A DNA stretch of 64,000 bases, from positions 1-64,000 of the IMG/VR virus record IMGVR_UViG_3300044712_001570. One strand, 5' to 3'. The position numbers were made by a program, and so were the translations under genes. This stretch comes from a virus. Shown here piece by piece: positions 56,601 to 64,000 of this stretch (the stretch's first letter is position 1; every line of letters starts with the position of its first letter). The notes beneath the pieces are model-generated. The model did not search any database. It saw only the letters and a list, made by a program, of their open reading frames with translations, and was not told the origin of the DNA.

Positions 56601-57166
56601 CCATTGGTTTGGGTAAATGCATCCCATACCTTCGCAAAGGTGGAGAACTGATTAAAGGTTTCAGGTTTACCAGGTGCCCATATAATAACATGTGCTCCAA
56701 ACCCAGCGTATAAGTCCCTTAGTATACTATCGATAGCGGGTTTCCATCCTTGGGTTTGCCCACCATAGTTGAAGGTACTAGTTGTGGATAGGTAGCTTGG
56801 AAGCTTCCATCCTGCCCCTGGACCCTCAATAATAAAGTCCCTATCATCATAGATAGTTGTTAGAGGATTAAATATGGGACTATCAGTATTATTTAGTATT
56901 AGTCGTATCTGAGTAGTACCATATACTGCTAAAGGCCAGGTGAATGATGCATACGGTGTAGACCCATTAGCATCAACCAATACCTGACCTGGTGTTAGCC
57001 CACTACCAACAGGAGCATCCATTACGATTATCTTGTAATGGGTAATATCTGTCGAAGTATCATTCTCAATCTCGACAAGGCCTCCAGCGACAGTCCCAAC
57101 TAAAGCCCGCCCAGCGACTCCAATGATTGCACCTTGTTTGAACTTGATCTTTGCTATGGCTGTCAT
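53696..57166 (-). CDS. Large tail fibre/spike protein with three internal repeats
   Basis: 1156 aa, beta-rich, in baseplate module. Confidence 0.65.
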   Translation of the reverse strand: MTAIAKIKFKQGAIIGVAGRALVGTVAGGLVEIENDTSTDITHYKIIVMDAPVGSGLTPGQVLVDANGSTPYASFTWPLAVYGTTQIRLILNNTDSPIFNPLTTIYDDRDFIIEGPGAGWKLPSYLSTTSTFNYGGQTQGWKPAIDSILRDLYAGFGAHVIIWAPGKPETFNQFSTFAKVWDAFTQTNGQVDIYVDFSIATEALPVGDLTAGPIVLDFESRVRLISDKVKLGSPTLTLDVSVLTVIKNLAVLENMVLKNTSAYDWGSTPQRRMVFDPFSKFFMVNATIDSDGNTPMIWVENPGYPGTRNDMEMYVLDGSLITDHSVQVDYNNSWLPQGPSLVVYCDKSTIEQTGIYSPVPGGCEIYTENSVIDGYLTIMRGIPESVVTYKPSSTVGENVCPTQAIGEYSDWNQVKRAFTYSNGPVTIAFSAGAASTNTVPLPIETVNLASRGSLVGAESSLSILQGRTTFRDPIVVKRLFLYRDDLSPTPIIDVYGVTKLEQCVLLTNPADAKIVPVVRLRTSGTLVVGEGTTIQGSPTTSSAASASSIDVLGSGSGSTIRMEPFSTINSNAIINSDMMGYYTLEKTCHSKFDSEQYFQPGAIYDWSTSHLTFGNSDLGASYKSWSNLMSVFSNSTTGIQQILISDGGAMYPSPDEYKIPFGTWDLQARGVLVGDVRSATSGAVGGNSINNRTLGFQQVSSSTSSTQFVNPKGIKNLYINRDNLVTPDGRGLFNFNLMAQECEIENCYFLQLDNKRITFDCSTTSGARTVIICRRSEFYGPNMFSSAGTADLRIYLLDGSRIGADCLSGAGVISVYCDDSSYIEPSQPNASNWSASCPRARVDPASEHPVITPTALAANQNDYAPTDWNTAALVRVSTNGADRTITGLLAVTPQDYNPKTGFKLHYKDIINVDSTYSITLSHSSSSSAAANRIVNPAGSDIVLGPYASARLYYDVTLAKWIILNNTQSVWEDYNVSPFVAATGSSVITYEPWRDVAGSISAYLRHDRDVYLSYNFELPHAWDQLSNLMLHMHYAPCATPPPSTDLVAYFLLKYCYTKNGDEIPADTGWTSTNISVTIPFSGADLFKYKYKALATIAPPATPGAGLWLKVLLARLGTNLSDTFKTSKTLNTSQANFAIGNCGIHYRLKRGGTPTDLG

Positions 57167-57175
57167 CGCTACTCC

Positions 57176-57475
57176 TTAACCAAAGTTTTGGTAGTCATCA
57201 TCAGGGTCCGGGTCTTGTTTAGATACTCTGCCACCACCGGGTGGAACATCTTTAGCTATATCTGTGGGGCTACTCTTTGAGCAATCCAAACCCAAGGGCA
57301 TGGAAGGCATAGAAGGAAGCACTGGTATTGGTGGAACGCTTGTAGGGGGTATTGGAAGACCAACAGGCAGCATTCCAAGACCTGGTGGAAAAGCAATACC
57401 GCAAAGCAATGACGTAGGTGTCAAGCTACTGGTTGCAGTAGAGGGGGCAGGAGCGTCCGCTATTGGTGCACTCAT
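57176..57475 (-). CDS. Small Pro-rich protein of the baseplate module
   Basis: Follows spike gene; leaderless promoter candidate. Confidence 0.55.
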   Translation of the reverse strand: MSAPIADAPAPSTATSSLTPTSLLCGIAFPPGLGMLPVGLPIPPTSVPPIPVLPSMPSMPLGLDCSKSSPTDIAKDVPPGGGRVSKQDPDPDDDYQNFG

Positions 57476-57492
57476 GCAAAAGAGTGTAACAG

Positions 57493-58482
57493 CTAGCCAC
57501 CTAAGAGGCTAGGGCATCCAACCCCATAGAGTCTGTTCTGTGCATTGATAGGTACTGTCAATGCAGTAGATAGGGCGGGTATTGCAAGTGTAGCTAAAGG
57601 TGATAGCCCCGTTGTGGATGCTGTCATAAACCCCGTAGCTACATCTTGGTCTATAAGGTTTGGGAGAAGAAGTGCAGCAAGCGAGGAACCAGTCAATGGT
57701 GCTGTAAGAGTGCTTATGCGGTATGCAAAAGCAAATAGTGCACCCTGCACAATATTATAGAGTTGTTCTGTCGTTAGAACATGTTGAACAGGCGCTGCGC
57801 CCTTAGCACTGAATTGAATCTCCCCATCTGTATAAAGGGTTGTTGCATTACCGTTCTTCCCTATTTGAAGCTGGCTTTTACCTGCTTGGAGAAGAACGTT
57901 TCCGCTATCGGTGGGTATCTGTATAACGGATTCACCATCTGCAGATTGAAGACCTATAACATCTGCATTCAATATAAGCAGAGCGTTATCACTATTAGAT
58001 ACAGTTACATTACCAGTACTATCGAATGATATGTAAGACTTAACCTTAGAGTTTCTAATCATATAGGATTGATCGAACTCGACTACGAACGGGGCTATGT
58101 GCTTTCTAAATCCAATACGATTCTCCTTAACCTGGATACCCGCTACCTCTTTAGGAAAAGCATCAATCTCGTTATTCAATCGACCTATAATGCAACAGTT
58201 CTTTTCATCCCCTTGTGGAATGACGACAAGAACCTCATCACCAGAAACGAATGGGTACCATTCCCCTTCACCAAGACCAGCTAGGGAACTGCTAACCCTA
58301 CATAACACTTCTAAACCAGATGGTTGCAGTGTTACCGCAACCAGCGGTTGACCATATTGTTCATCAAAGTTTAGAGGCTCTTGACCTTCAGTAGTACGGG
58401 ATACAGTCCCATAGCTAACCCACTGCCTAGGGTCTACTCCTGGACCACCTGCCATATCGAAGATATCGTTTGCATCAATCAT
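57493..58482 (-). CDS. Baseplate spike (gpV/gp5 OB-fold)
   Basis: G.GEWYP..GDEVLV..P.GD....IIGRL, followed by beta-strand repeats. Confidence 0.8.
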   Translation of the reverse strand: MIDANDIFDMAGGPGVDPRQWVSYGTVSRTTEGQEPLNFDEQYGQPLVAVTLQPSGLEVLCRVSSSLAGLGEGEWYPFVSGDEVLVVIPQGDEKNCCIIGRLNNEIDAFPKEVAGIQVKENRIGFRKHIAPFVVEFDQSYMIRNSKVKSYISFDSTGNVTVSNSDNALLILNADVIGLQSADGESVIQIPTDSGNVLLQAGKSQLQIGKNGNATTLYTDGEIQFSAKGAAPVQHVLTTEQLYNIVQGALFAFAYRISTLTAPLTGSSLAALLLPNLIDQDVATGFMTASTTGLSPLATLAIPALSTALTVPINAQNRLYGVGCPSLLGG

Positions 58483-60326
58483 TGGCGTTCGTCCTCTGCG
58501 AGTATTCCTGCTTTTATTGGGTCTGCTCTTACCTCGATATAGTTGATACCTTCTAGGTCAATAGAGACTTCCCCCTCTTCCCAACCAATAGAGATAGCCC
58601 TACTTTTATAGATATTTTGAAAGCCTAGGTCAGTAAATGTTTTCGTATAGGCTTGAGCTAAATCCCCATGAAACCCAAGGCTTTTCATGAAGGCTTCTCC
58701 TTGGGATTGAGATTGTAAGAAGGTATCAATCTTTGATGGTTCTGTTCCACCTTCCTTATCGTCATAGTAGGTAGAACGTACTTCGAATGTATCCCCTGCC
58801 TTCATATCAAGAATATCTGGGTCACCATTCCCACCACCTAATGAGCATAAGGAATGAGTCTTAATCTTGACGGATAGTTCTGCCCTACCAAGCATCTCAT
58901 AAATAGTTTGGGCTATCACTCGTAGTGTTTTCTCGTTCTCTATTCCAGATACTCTCCATACAAGCCACTTCTCTTCCGCTCCACCATCACCGGGTACGGA
59001 TGACTGGATACCTTTACCAGTGATGCGAGTGGGGAACCTTCCAACGATGGTATTCTTTCTTCGAGGTGAGTAGCACCTAACCTCAATATTAGTAGGTGCA
59101 CTTCGAACGAAACTTCTTTCAATCTTTAGGTCTTCTATGTTTCTTCCATAAAGGAAGCGCCTAAACTTCTGCCCATCGAATCTAGGCTCGAATGGGTCAT
59201 CGGCACGCTTAACAGGTCTACTTTCATCACTATAGATAGAGCGACCTCTTTGGATGATAACTGTAGTGTCGTCTACTCTACATAGTAGACCTAATGCACC
59301 ACATACATCTGTCATATAATCCCAAACACTAAGCCCAGTATTAGCCCCTAATGCAAGGCTCGGAGGTGGTCCTAAGTTAGGTCTAAATGCTGTTTTAGAT
59401 AGTGCATCTACAAGGCCAGGCGGTGTTTCACCATAGGGTCTATATTCAACTTTCAATCCTTGGAACTGCGGAAAGTGGCTTAGGTATTGTGCTATCGCGT
59501 AGTCGATAGGAACTCCATTCCCACCACCTATGCTTCCTGTTACTTGACCATTCTCACCATAGATTTGTATAGGTGTAGTGAGTCTTGAACCTGCTATGAC
59601 CAGCTTTGCGGGAGCCTCCTGGTCAATAAGAAGCTGTGTATTATCCCTACAATCCAATCTAATAAGTGGTTCGTCTTCATTAGCCATATCGACAGCCCAC
59701 TTATCCACCCAACCTATAAACCTTCGATTCGATCGAACTACTCCGTTACCATCGGTATATGCATCAGGAACTACATTCAAAGGTTCGGATGCTCTTGTTT
59801 GACCATCCTTATTTAGCTGTCTCATCTCACCCCGAAGACCTTTTGCAAAGTCATCTGGTGAGACAGTCCCTAGGTAGTATTCAACCGCACAACTTCGAAC
59901 TGTACGAGGGTCGATAGGGCAATCAAGATAGCGAAGGGTGAGGGATAATGTATCTGCAGTCCTAATACCATTCTGTGACCAGGATGCAGAGCGAGGAATG
60001 ATTCCTTCAATCTCATGGGTTAATCCGTCTTTACTTTTAACTTGTTTTTCTGGTCCTACACCTGGAAGGGGACGATTAGCATCTTGAAGAATATACCTAC
60101 TCACACCTGTGGGAGCATTGGCATCTTGAACCACTTTAAGCGGTGCTCTTTTATCTTTTATACCACTTAGAACTTTAGTTGGTCGTGGTGGTACGGGGTT
60201 ATCTGGGGTTGAAAAAACCCTACGTGCTAGTTCGTCAAAACGAACAATAAGGCGCACCTTCGCACTTGGATAAAAAGATTCATCATACTCGGCGTCTGCG
60301 AGTAGTGGCGCCACCCTTTGAGACAT
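58479..60326 (-). CDS. Baseplate hub (gpD/gp27-like)
   Basis: ADT..L, F.GWVD, L.CRD.T.LL.D; lies between LysM and spike genes. Confidence 0.7.
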   Translation of the reverse strand: MSQRVAPLLADAEYDESFYPSAKVRLIVRFDELARRVFSTPDNPVPPRPTKVLSGIKDKRAPLKVVQDANAPTGVSRYILQDANRPLPGVGPEKQVKSKDGLTHEIEGIIPRSASWSQNGIRTADTLSLTLRYLDCPIDPRTVRSCAVEYYLGTVSPDDFAKGLRGEMRQLNKDGQTRASEPLNVVPDAYTDGNGVVRSNRRFIGWVDKWAVDMANEDEPLIRLDCRDNTQLLIDQEAPAKLVIAGSRLTTPIQIYGENGQVTGSIGGGNGVPIDYAIAQYLSHFPQFQGLKVEYRPYGETPPGLVDALSKTAFRPNLGPPPSLALGANTGLSVWDYMTDVCGALGLLCRVDDTTVIIQRGRSIYSDESRPVKRADDPFEPRFDGQKFRRFLYGRNIEDLKIERSFVRSAPTNIEVRCYSPRRKNTIVGRFPTRITGKGIQSSVPGDGGAEEKWLVWRVSGIENEKTLRVIAQTIYEMLGRAELSVKIKTHSLCSLGGGNGDPDILDMKAGDTFEVRSTYYDDKEGGTEPSKIDTFLQSQSQGEAFMKSLGFHGDLAQAYTKTFTDLGFQNIYKSRAISIGWEEGEVSIDLEGINYIEVRADPIKAGILAEDERQ

Positions 60327-60328
60327 GT

Positions 60329-61570
60329 TTAGGACCTCCCGCCAACCAATGCAGTATCGGCAAGCTTTGGAATAATAAGGTGCGTTCCCTCGGTCAAATC
60401 AGTCTGTGTCCATGGAAGTCGATTGGTCTTTAGAATATCAACTACATGGTCTGGAGTCTTATAGTAGTAGACAGATAAAGAGATTGGAGTGTCCCCTTTG
60501 CGAACAGTATGGACCGCCAGGAAGGTCCCATCTGCACTATTAGAGTAGGAATCTGCATTCTCCTGTCGGAGCCCACCAACGCGGCCACGGGGGGCTTTAA
60601 AGCGGCTTTTCATCTCGGTTGCGCGCTTTGCTATCTCCACGTTTGCAGAATGTACATCAGCAAAATAGTTTGCAGCTCTAAGAAGAGAGCTAATGTTGGT
60701 CTTAGTAGAAAGCATCTCTGGAGGTACTTGGCTCACTTGGTCCCTCCAAGTGTTTGCACTATTCACAATATTAGTAGCTGTAGATATTAGCGTATTAGCA
60801 ACACTTACAGGTGTTGTTGCACCCTTGCGAGCTATATCCAGAAACCTAGTTATGCTTTGGGTTTGCCCTGTTATCTTTCGGCTAACAGCTTGTGCATACT
60901 TATCGGGTATGGAAACCATAGCCTCAAGTTGACCAAGACTCGAAAAGCTAGTTGATAGGGGAATACTAGGATTCTTAGTCTTAAGGGTTCGAAGAATACT
61001 GGTTGTATTGATTAGCTTTTGCTGCGCTACATCTAAGGCAGCAGCTGATGCATCTGCACTATCGCTACTACTAATAACAGGTGTCTTGCGAGGTTGACCC
61101 CTACTTACCCACTCAAATTCAACATTCCAGCGTATATCGGTTATCTTTTCTGGAATGTATCCAAAGGACTTCATTCGTCCCTCACGAACAGTCCTAACAA
61201 TCTCATCTGCGTTGTAGGGTAAGGCTGCACTCCATACTACTCGAAGTAATGAACCACTTATTCGTAGTGATTCCATAGCTTCAACTAGCAGGTGAGGTTC
61301 TACAATATCGGCTGTTCTTTTACTTTCTTTCCACTTTGCAGGAGTGGATGGAAGCATGGTTCTTCGCCATACCCCTTCCCAAGTTTGGGTATGCTCCATA
61401 GGTCCCAACACTTGTTGAGTACCTACTCCATAACCTGGGTACCATTTAGTAACTAAGCGTGTCTCACCCTTCCATTCTACTGTAGGAAAAGGCAACCCCG
61501 CACCAGTCAAAACCAGTGTGCGGGGGGAGGTAACTCCAATCTCCTCGATAGTGATAACGCTTAGGGACAT
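60329..61570 (-). CDS. Tail tube initiator / LysM-domain protein
   Basis: C-terminal LysM HTVRKGDT..S.S..YY...I...N..L.IP; after tape measure. Confidence 0.75.
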   Translation of the reverse strand: MSLSVITIEEIGVTSPRTLVLTGAGLPFPTVEWKGETRLVTKWYPGYGVGTQQVLGPMEHTQTWEGVWRRTMLPSTPAKWKESKRTADIVEPHLLVEAMESLRISGSLLRVVWSAALPYNADEIVRTVREGRMKSFGYIPEKITDIRWNVEFEWVSRGQPRKTPVISSSDSADASAAALDVAQQKLINTTSILRTLKTKNPSIPLSTSFSSLGQLEAMVSIPDKYAQAVSRKITGQTQSITRFLDIARKGATTPVSVANTLISTATNIVNSANTWRDQVSQVPPEMLSTKTNISSLLRAANYFADVHSANVEIAKRATEMKSRFKAPRGRVGGLRQENADSYSNSADGTFLAVHTVRKGDTPISLSVYYYKTPDHVVDILKTNRLPWTQTDLTEGTHLIIPKLADTALVGGRS

Positions 61571-62278
61571 TTATTTATAACTAGCAACAAAATCCGCTAA
61601 CGACTTGGAGATAGCTTCTTTTTCTTTAGTTTTCTTTTCAGCTTCTTCCTTAGCCTTTTTCTTTTCCTTAGCATCCATCTCTGCATCAATAACAGGCTCT
61701 TCTTCGGTATCTAATGTGGATGCATCGGTATCTAAAGACTCAAGAAACTTATCAATACCATCCCCAACCTTTTCAAGTACTTCATCAACCACTTCACTAC
61801 CTAAAGAATTAATATCTTGGAGTAGCGAGGATGCTTCTTGAATAGCGGATATGACTTCATCCGCTGCTGCTGGAGTCTCAAGTGTAGGTGGAGCTTCTTC
61901 ATCATCGTGTAGCTCAGTACCTAGCTCCTCCTCTGCATCTTGTACTTCAGGGGATTCATTTTGCATATCTTCGGGGGACTCTATGAGTTCTTCCTCTTTA
62001 GCAGTATCTACGAGATCGGATTCCTCCCTCGTAAGTTCACCACCACCCGCTAGTTTTTCTACAAGGTCAGGAAGTGCTTCATGTCCGGGTGAACCTTCAT
62101 CTGTCAAAGGAAGTCCGTCCTCTTCCTCTGCATCCTCTTCATCCTTCTTTTTCTTTTTATCTTCTTCTTCGTCAGCCTCTTCCTCTTCGTCCTCTTCGAG
62201 GTCCTTCTTATCTTCTTCGTCTTCGTCGAGTTCACCTTTGGCTTTTTTGCTGACGTATTGTGCGAGTGCTTTGGGCAT
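61571..62278 (-). CDS. Highly acidic protein
   Basis: GGAGG RBS before ATG 62278; very E/D-rich. Confidence 0.75.
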   Translation of the reverse strand: MPKALAQYVSKKAKGELDEDEEDKKDLEEDEEEEADEEEDKKKKKDEEDAEEEDGLPLTDEGSPGHEALPDLVEKLAGGGELTREESDLVDTAKEEELIESPEDMQNESPEVQDAEEELGTELHDDEEAPPTLETPAAADEVISAIQEASSLLQDINSLGSEVVDEVLEKVGDGIDKFLESLDTDASTLDTEEEPVIDAEMDAKEKKKAKEEAEKKTKEKEAISKSLADFVASYK

Positions 62279-62334
62279 ATTAACCTCCAAGAGAGTTTGT
62301 CTATATTAGTAGCAAATCTTAGTCTGCGCCATAT

Positions 62335-63996
62335 CTACGATCTACCTACACTACCCATACCATAAGGGGATTGAACTCTATTAGTAGATGATCGTCTTAT
62401 ATCTCTCTCGAATACCATCATAACCCTATCAGGGTCTTGGTCTCTAAAGTCCTGCTTAATGTTAAAGGTGTTTCCATTAAAGTTTATCTGTGGAGCTAAC
62501 GCTTTATTAGCTCCGTCACCTCGAATGGACTTACGAACGTTATCAAGGAAGTTCGAGTCACCTACATCTTTAGCGAAGGTTTCAAGCGCTGTCTTAACCT
62601 CACCACCCTTATCAATAAAGGATTGAGCTAATGTTGCATTACCCTTAACCAAGCTTTGCATATAGTTCATCATCCCCTCGTTATGAGCAGCCTTAGCCTC
62701 TTCATATAGGCTCATAAACTGGGATACGCTTTGAGCACCACCTTCACCACCAATAGAACCAGTGAGCTTATTTACCTGCTCACTCATCTCATGAAACTTC
62801 TTAACTGCTGTATCGAACTGGTCAACCATACCTTGACTAGCCCAGGTGTCGGCACCCGCTATGGTTTCCCTTGCACCAGTCTTTCCATGGATACCACCAC
62901 GCTTAAATGCAGCTTCATAAGCACCGCCTTGTGCTTCTTTAATAATCCTTGCCATCTCTGCATCGGCATCTTCTTGTTTATTACCGCCGACACGTTTACC
63001 AGATGCAGCAGCAGCCTTTGCGAGTAGAGCCGCTGCACCCTCAATAGCGCTGATTATAACATCGAATACATCTTTGAATGTCTTTGCTAAGGGCTCTGCA
63101 TTCTCAACAATCCAACTAAATGCTTTTTCTGCATACGAGAATGCATCCTTTATCCACCCGGCAACTTTACCACCATCTTGTGCAAACACATTATAGAAGG
63201 TACCTACAATCTTAGACACACCTTGTATAAAGCCACCTATGTATTTACCAACTCTATTAGCTGTAATCTCAATAGCTGTAGCATTATGACTAAACCAGTT
63301 TTTTACATCGGTAAGAACTGGAAGTAGTTCATTGACTATGGGTTGTCCTATGCTTGTAGATGCAAGGTCATAAACTTCTGCAAGCGAGTTCTTTAGGCCA
63401 TCGAATCCCATAGGAATATCTTTGGCTTGCTTAGCCATTCGACGCATGCCTTCCTCGGCAACTGTCATACGTTGAACATCTGTCATACGAGCCATCTGTC
63501 TTGCTACTTCGGTAGATTCACCCTTTAGAACCTTAGTAGCTGTAACCATTCCAACTATGGCCCCTGTGCTGGAGAAGGTACCAGTTTTCATACCTTCGTA
63601 TTCAGCTGTTAGCTTTGACAGTCCTCCTGGAACTACCTTCGCAGCTTGAGCCATAGACTCGGTAATAGCTTCCGATTGTGCTCGTGTAAGCCTAGCCCTA
63701 TATGTTCCTCTTATACCTTCAGCTACAGCATTAAATGCAGCTTGTACATCATCCCTTGTAGCTCCTGCACTTATAGCAATTCTTCTAAACTGCGCGTCAT
63801 ATGCATTAGCTAATGTGCGAGCATCACCTAAAGGCATATTGGCTTTTCCACTAAGCGCAATCATCTCGAAGGTTGTAGCCTTCATCTTTTCAAGTCGACT
63901 ATTGGCTGCAAACATAGATGCAGTAATGGCCGCTATACCAGCACCAGCGGCTACTCCAGCAGCTACTCCGATAGCGCTCATAGCTGCACTACCCAT
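62335..63996 (-). CDS. Tape measure protein (5' truncated by window edge)
   Basis: Ala/Gly-rich helical repeats, upstream of LysM and hub genes. Confidence 0.8.
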   Translation of the reverse strand: MGSAAMSAIGVAAGVAAGAGIAAITASMFAANSRLEKMKATTFEMIALSGKANMPLGDARTLANAYDAQFRRIAISAGATRDDVQAAFNAVAEGIRGTYRARLTRAQSEAITESMAQAAKVVPGGLSKLTAEYEGMKTGTFSSTGAIVGMVTATKVLKGESTEVARQMARMTDVQRMTVAEEGMRRMAKQAKDIPMGFDGLKNSLAEVYDLASTSIGQPIVNELLPVLTDVKNWFSHNATAIEITANRVGKYIGGFIQGVSKIVGTFYNVFAQDGGKVAGWIKDAFSYAEKAFSWIVENAEPLAKTFKDVFDVIISAIEGAAALLAKAAAASGKRVGGNKQEDADAEMARIIKEAQGGAYEAAFKRGGIHGKTGARETIAGADTWASQGMVDQFDTAVKKFHEMSEQVNKLTGSIGGEGGAQSVSQFMSLYEEAKAAHNEGMMNYMQSLVKGNATLAQSFIDKGGEVKTALETFAKDVGDSNFLDNVRKSIRGDGANKALAPQINFNGNTFNIKQDFRDQDPDRVMMVFERDIRRSSTNRVQSPYGMGSVGRS

Positions 63997-64000
63997 AGCC

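Noticed and set aside
1-64000. CRISPR array, retron or diversity-generating retroelement
   Set aside because: No regularly spaced repeat-spacer array, no reverse transcriptase motifs and no template/variable repeat pair seen.
1-64000. Stop-codon reassignment suggested by the TAG-rich sequence
   Set aside because: Long conserved genes are intact in the standard code, and TAG, TGA and TAA all end genes at tight junctions.

Overview
This 64-kb window is part of a large dsDNA tailed phage with a contractile (myovirus-type) tail; GC content is roughly 40-45% by eye. No integrase, capsid or portal gene lies in the window. Layout: (1) 1-6633, minus strand: putative small terminase, intein-containing large terminase, lytic transglycosylase, C5 cytosine methyltransferase and a ParB-like gene; (2) 6680-21704, plus strand: about 35 small accessory genes including a RuvC-like resolvase, dCMP deaminase, a Tad2/DUF2829-like protein, lipoproteins and a myxobacterial-type sigma-like HTH protein; (3) 21.8-24.9 kb: two divergent units driven by near-identical sigma54-like promoters; (4) 25-45.6 kb: MoxR-AAA/vWA module, sigma factor, ParB, SF2 helicase, initiator, DnaB, primase, UDG-PolA fusion, tRNA(CAU), gp32-like SSB and SbcCD; (5) 45.6-64 kb, minus strand: baseplate, tail fibre and tape-measure genes. 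A Myxococcota/deltaproteobacterial host is inferred, not shown. The most unusual signals are non-coding: a tRNA-capped 123-nt RNA, sRNA candidates with anti-SD or anti-AUG loops, T-loop minihelices, an origin-like element present twice in inverted orientation, a repeated GGYGCAAYCT promoter motif, and YGTC-N16/17-GACR sites clustered in a truncated zinc-finger/methyltransferase gene. All functional calls come from motif recognition by eye; no database searches were run.
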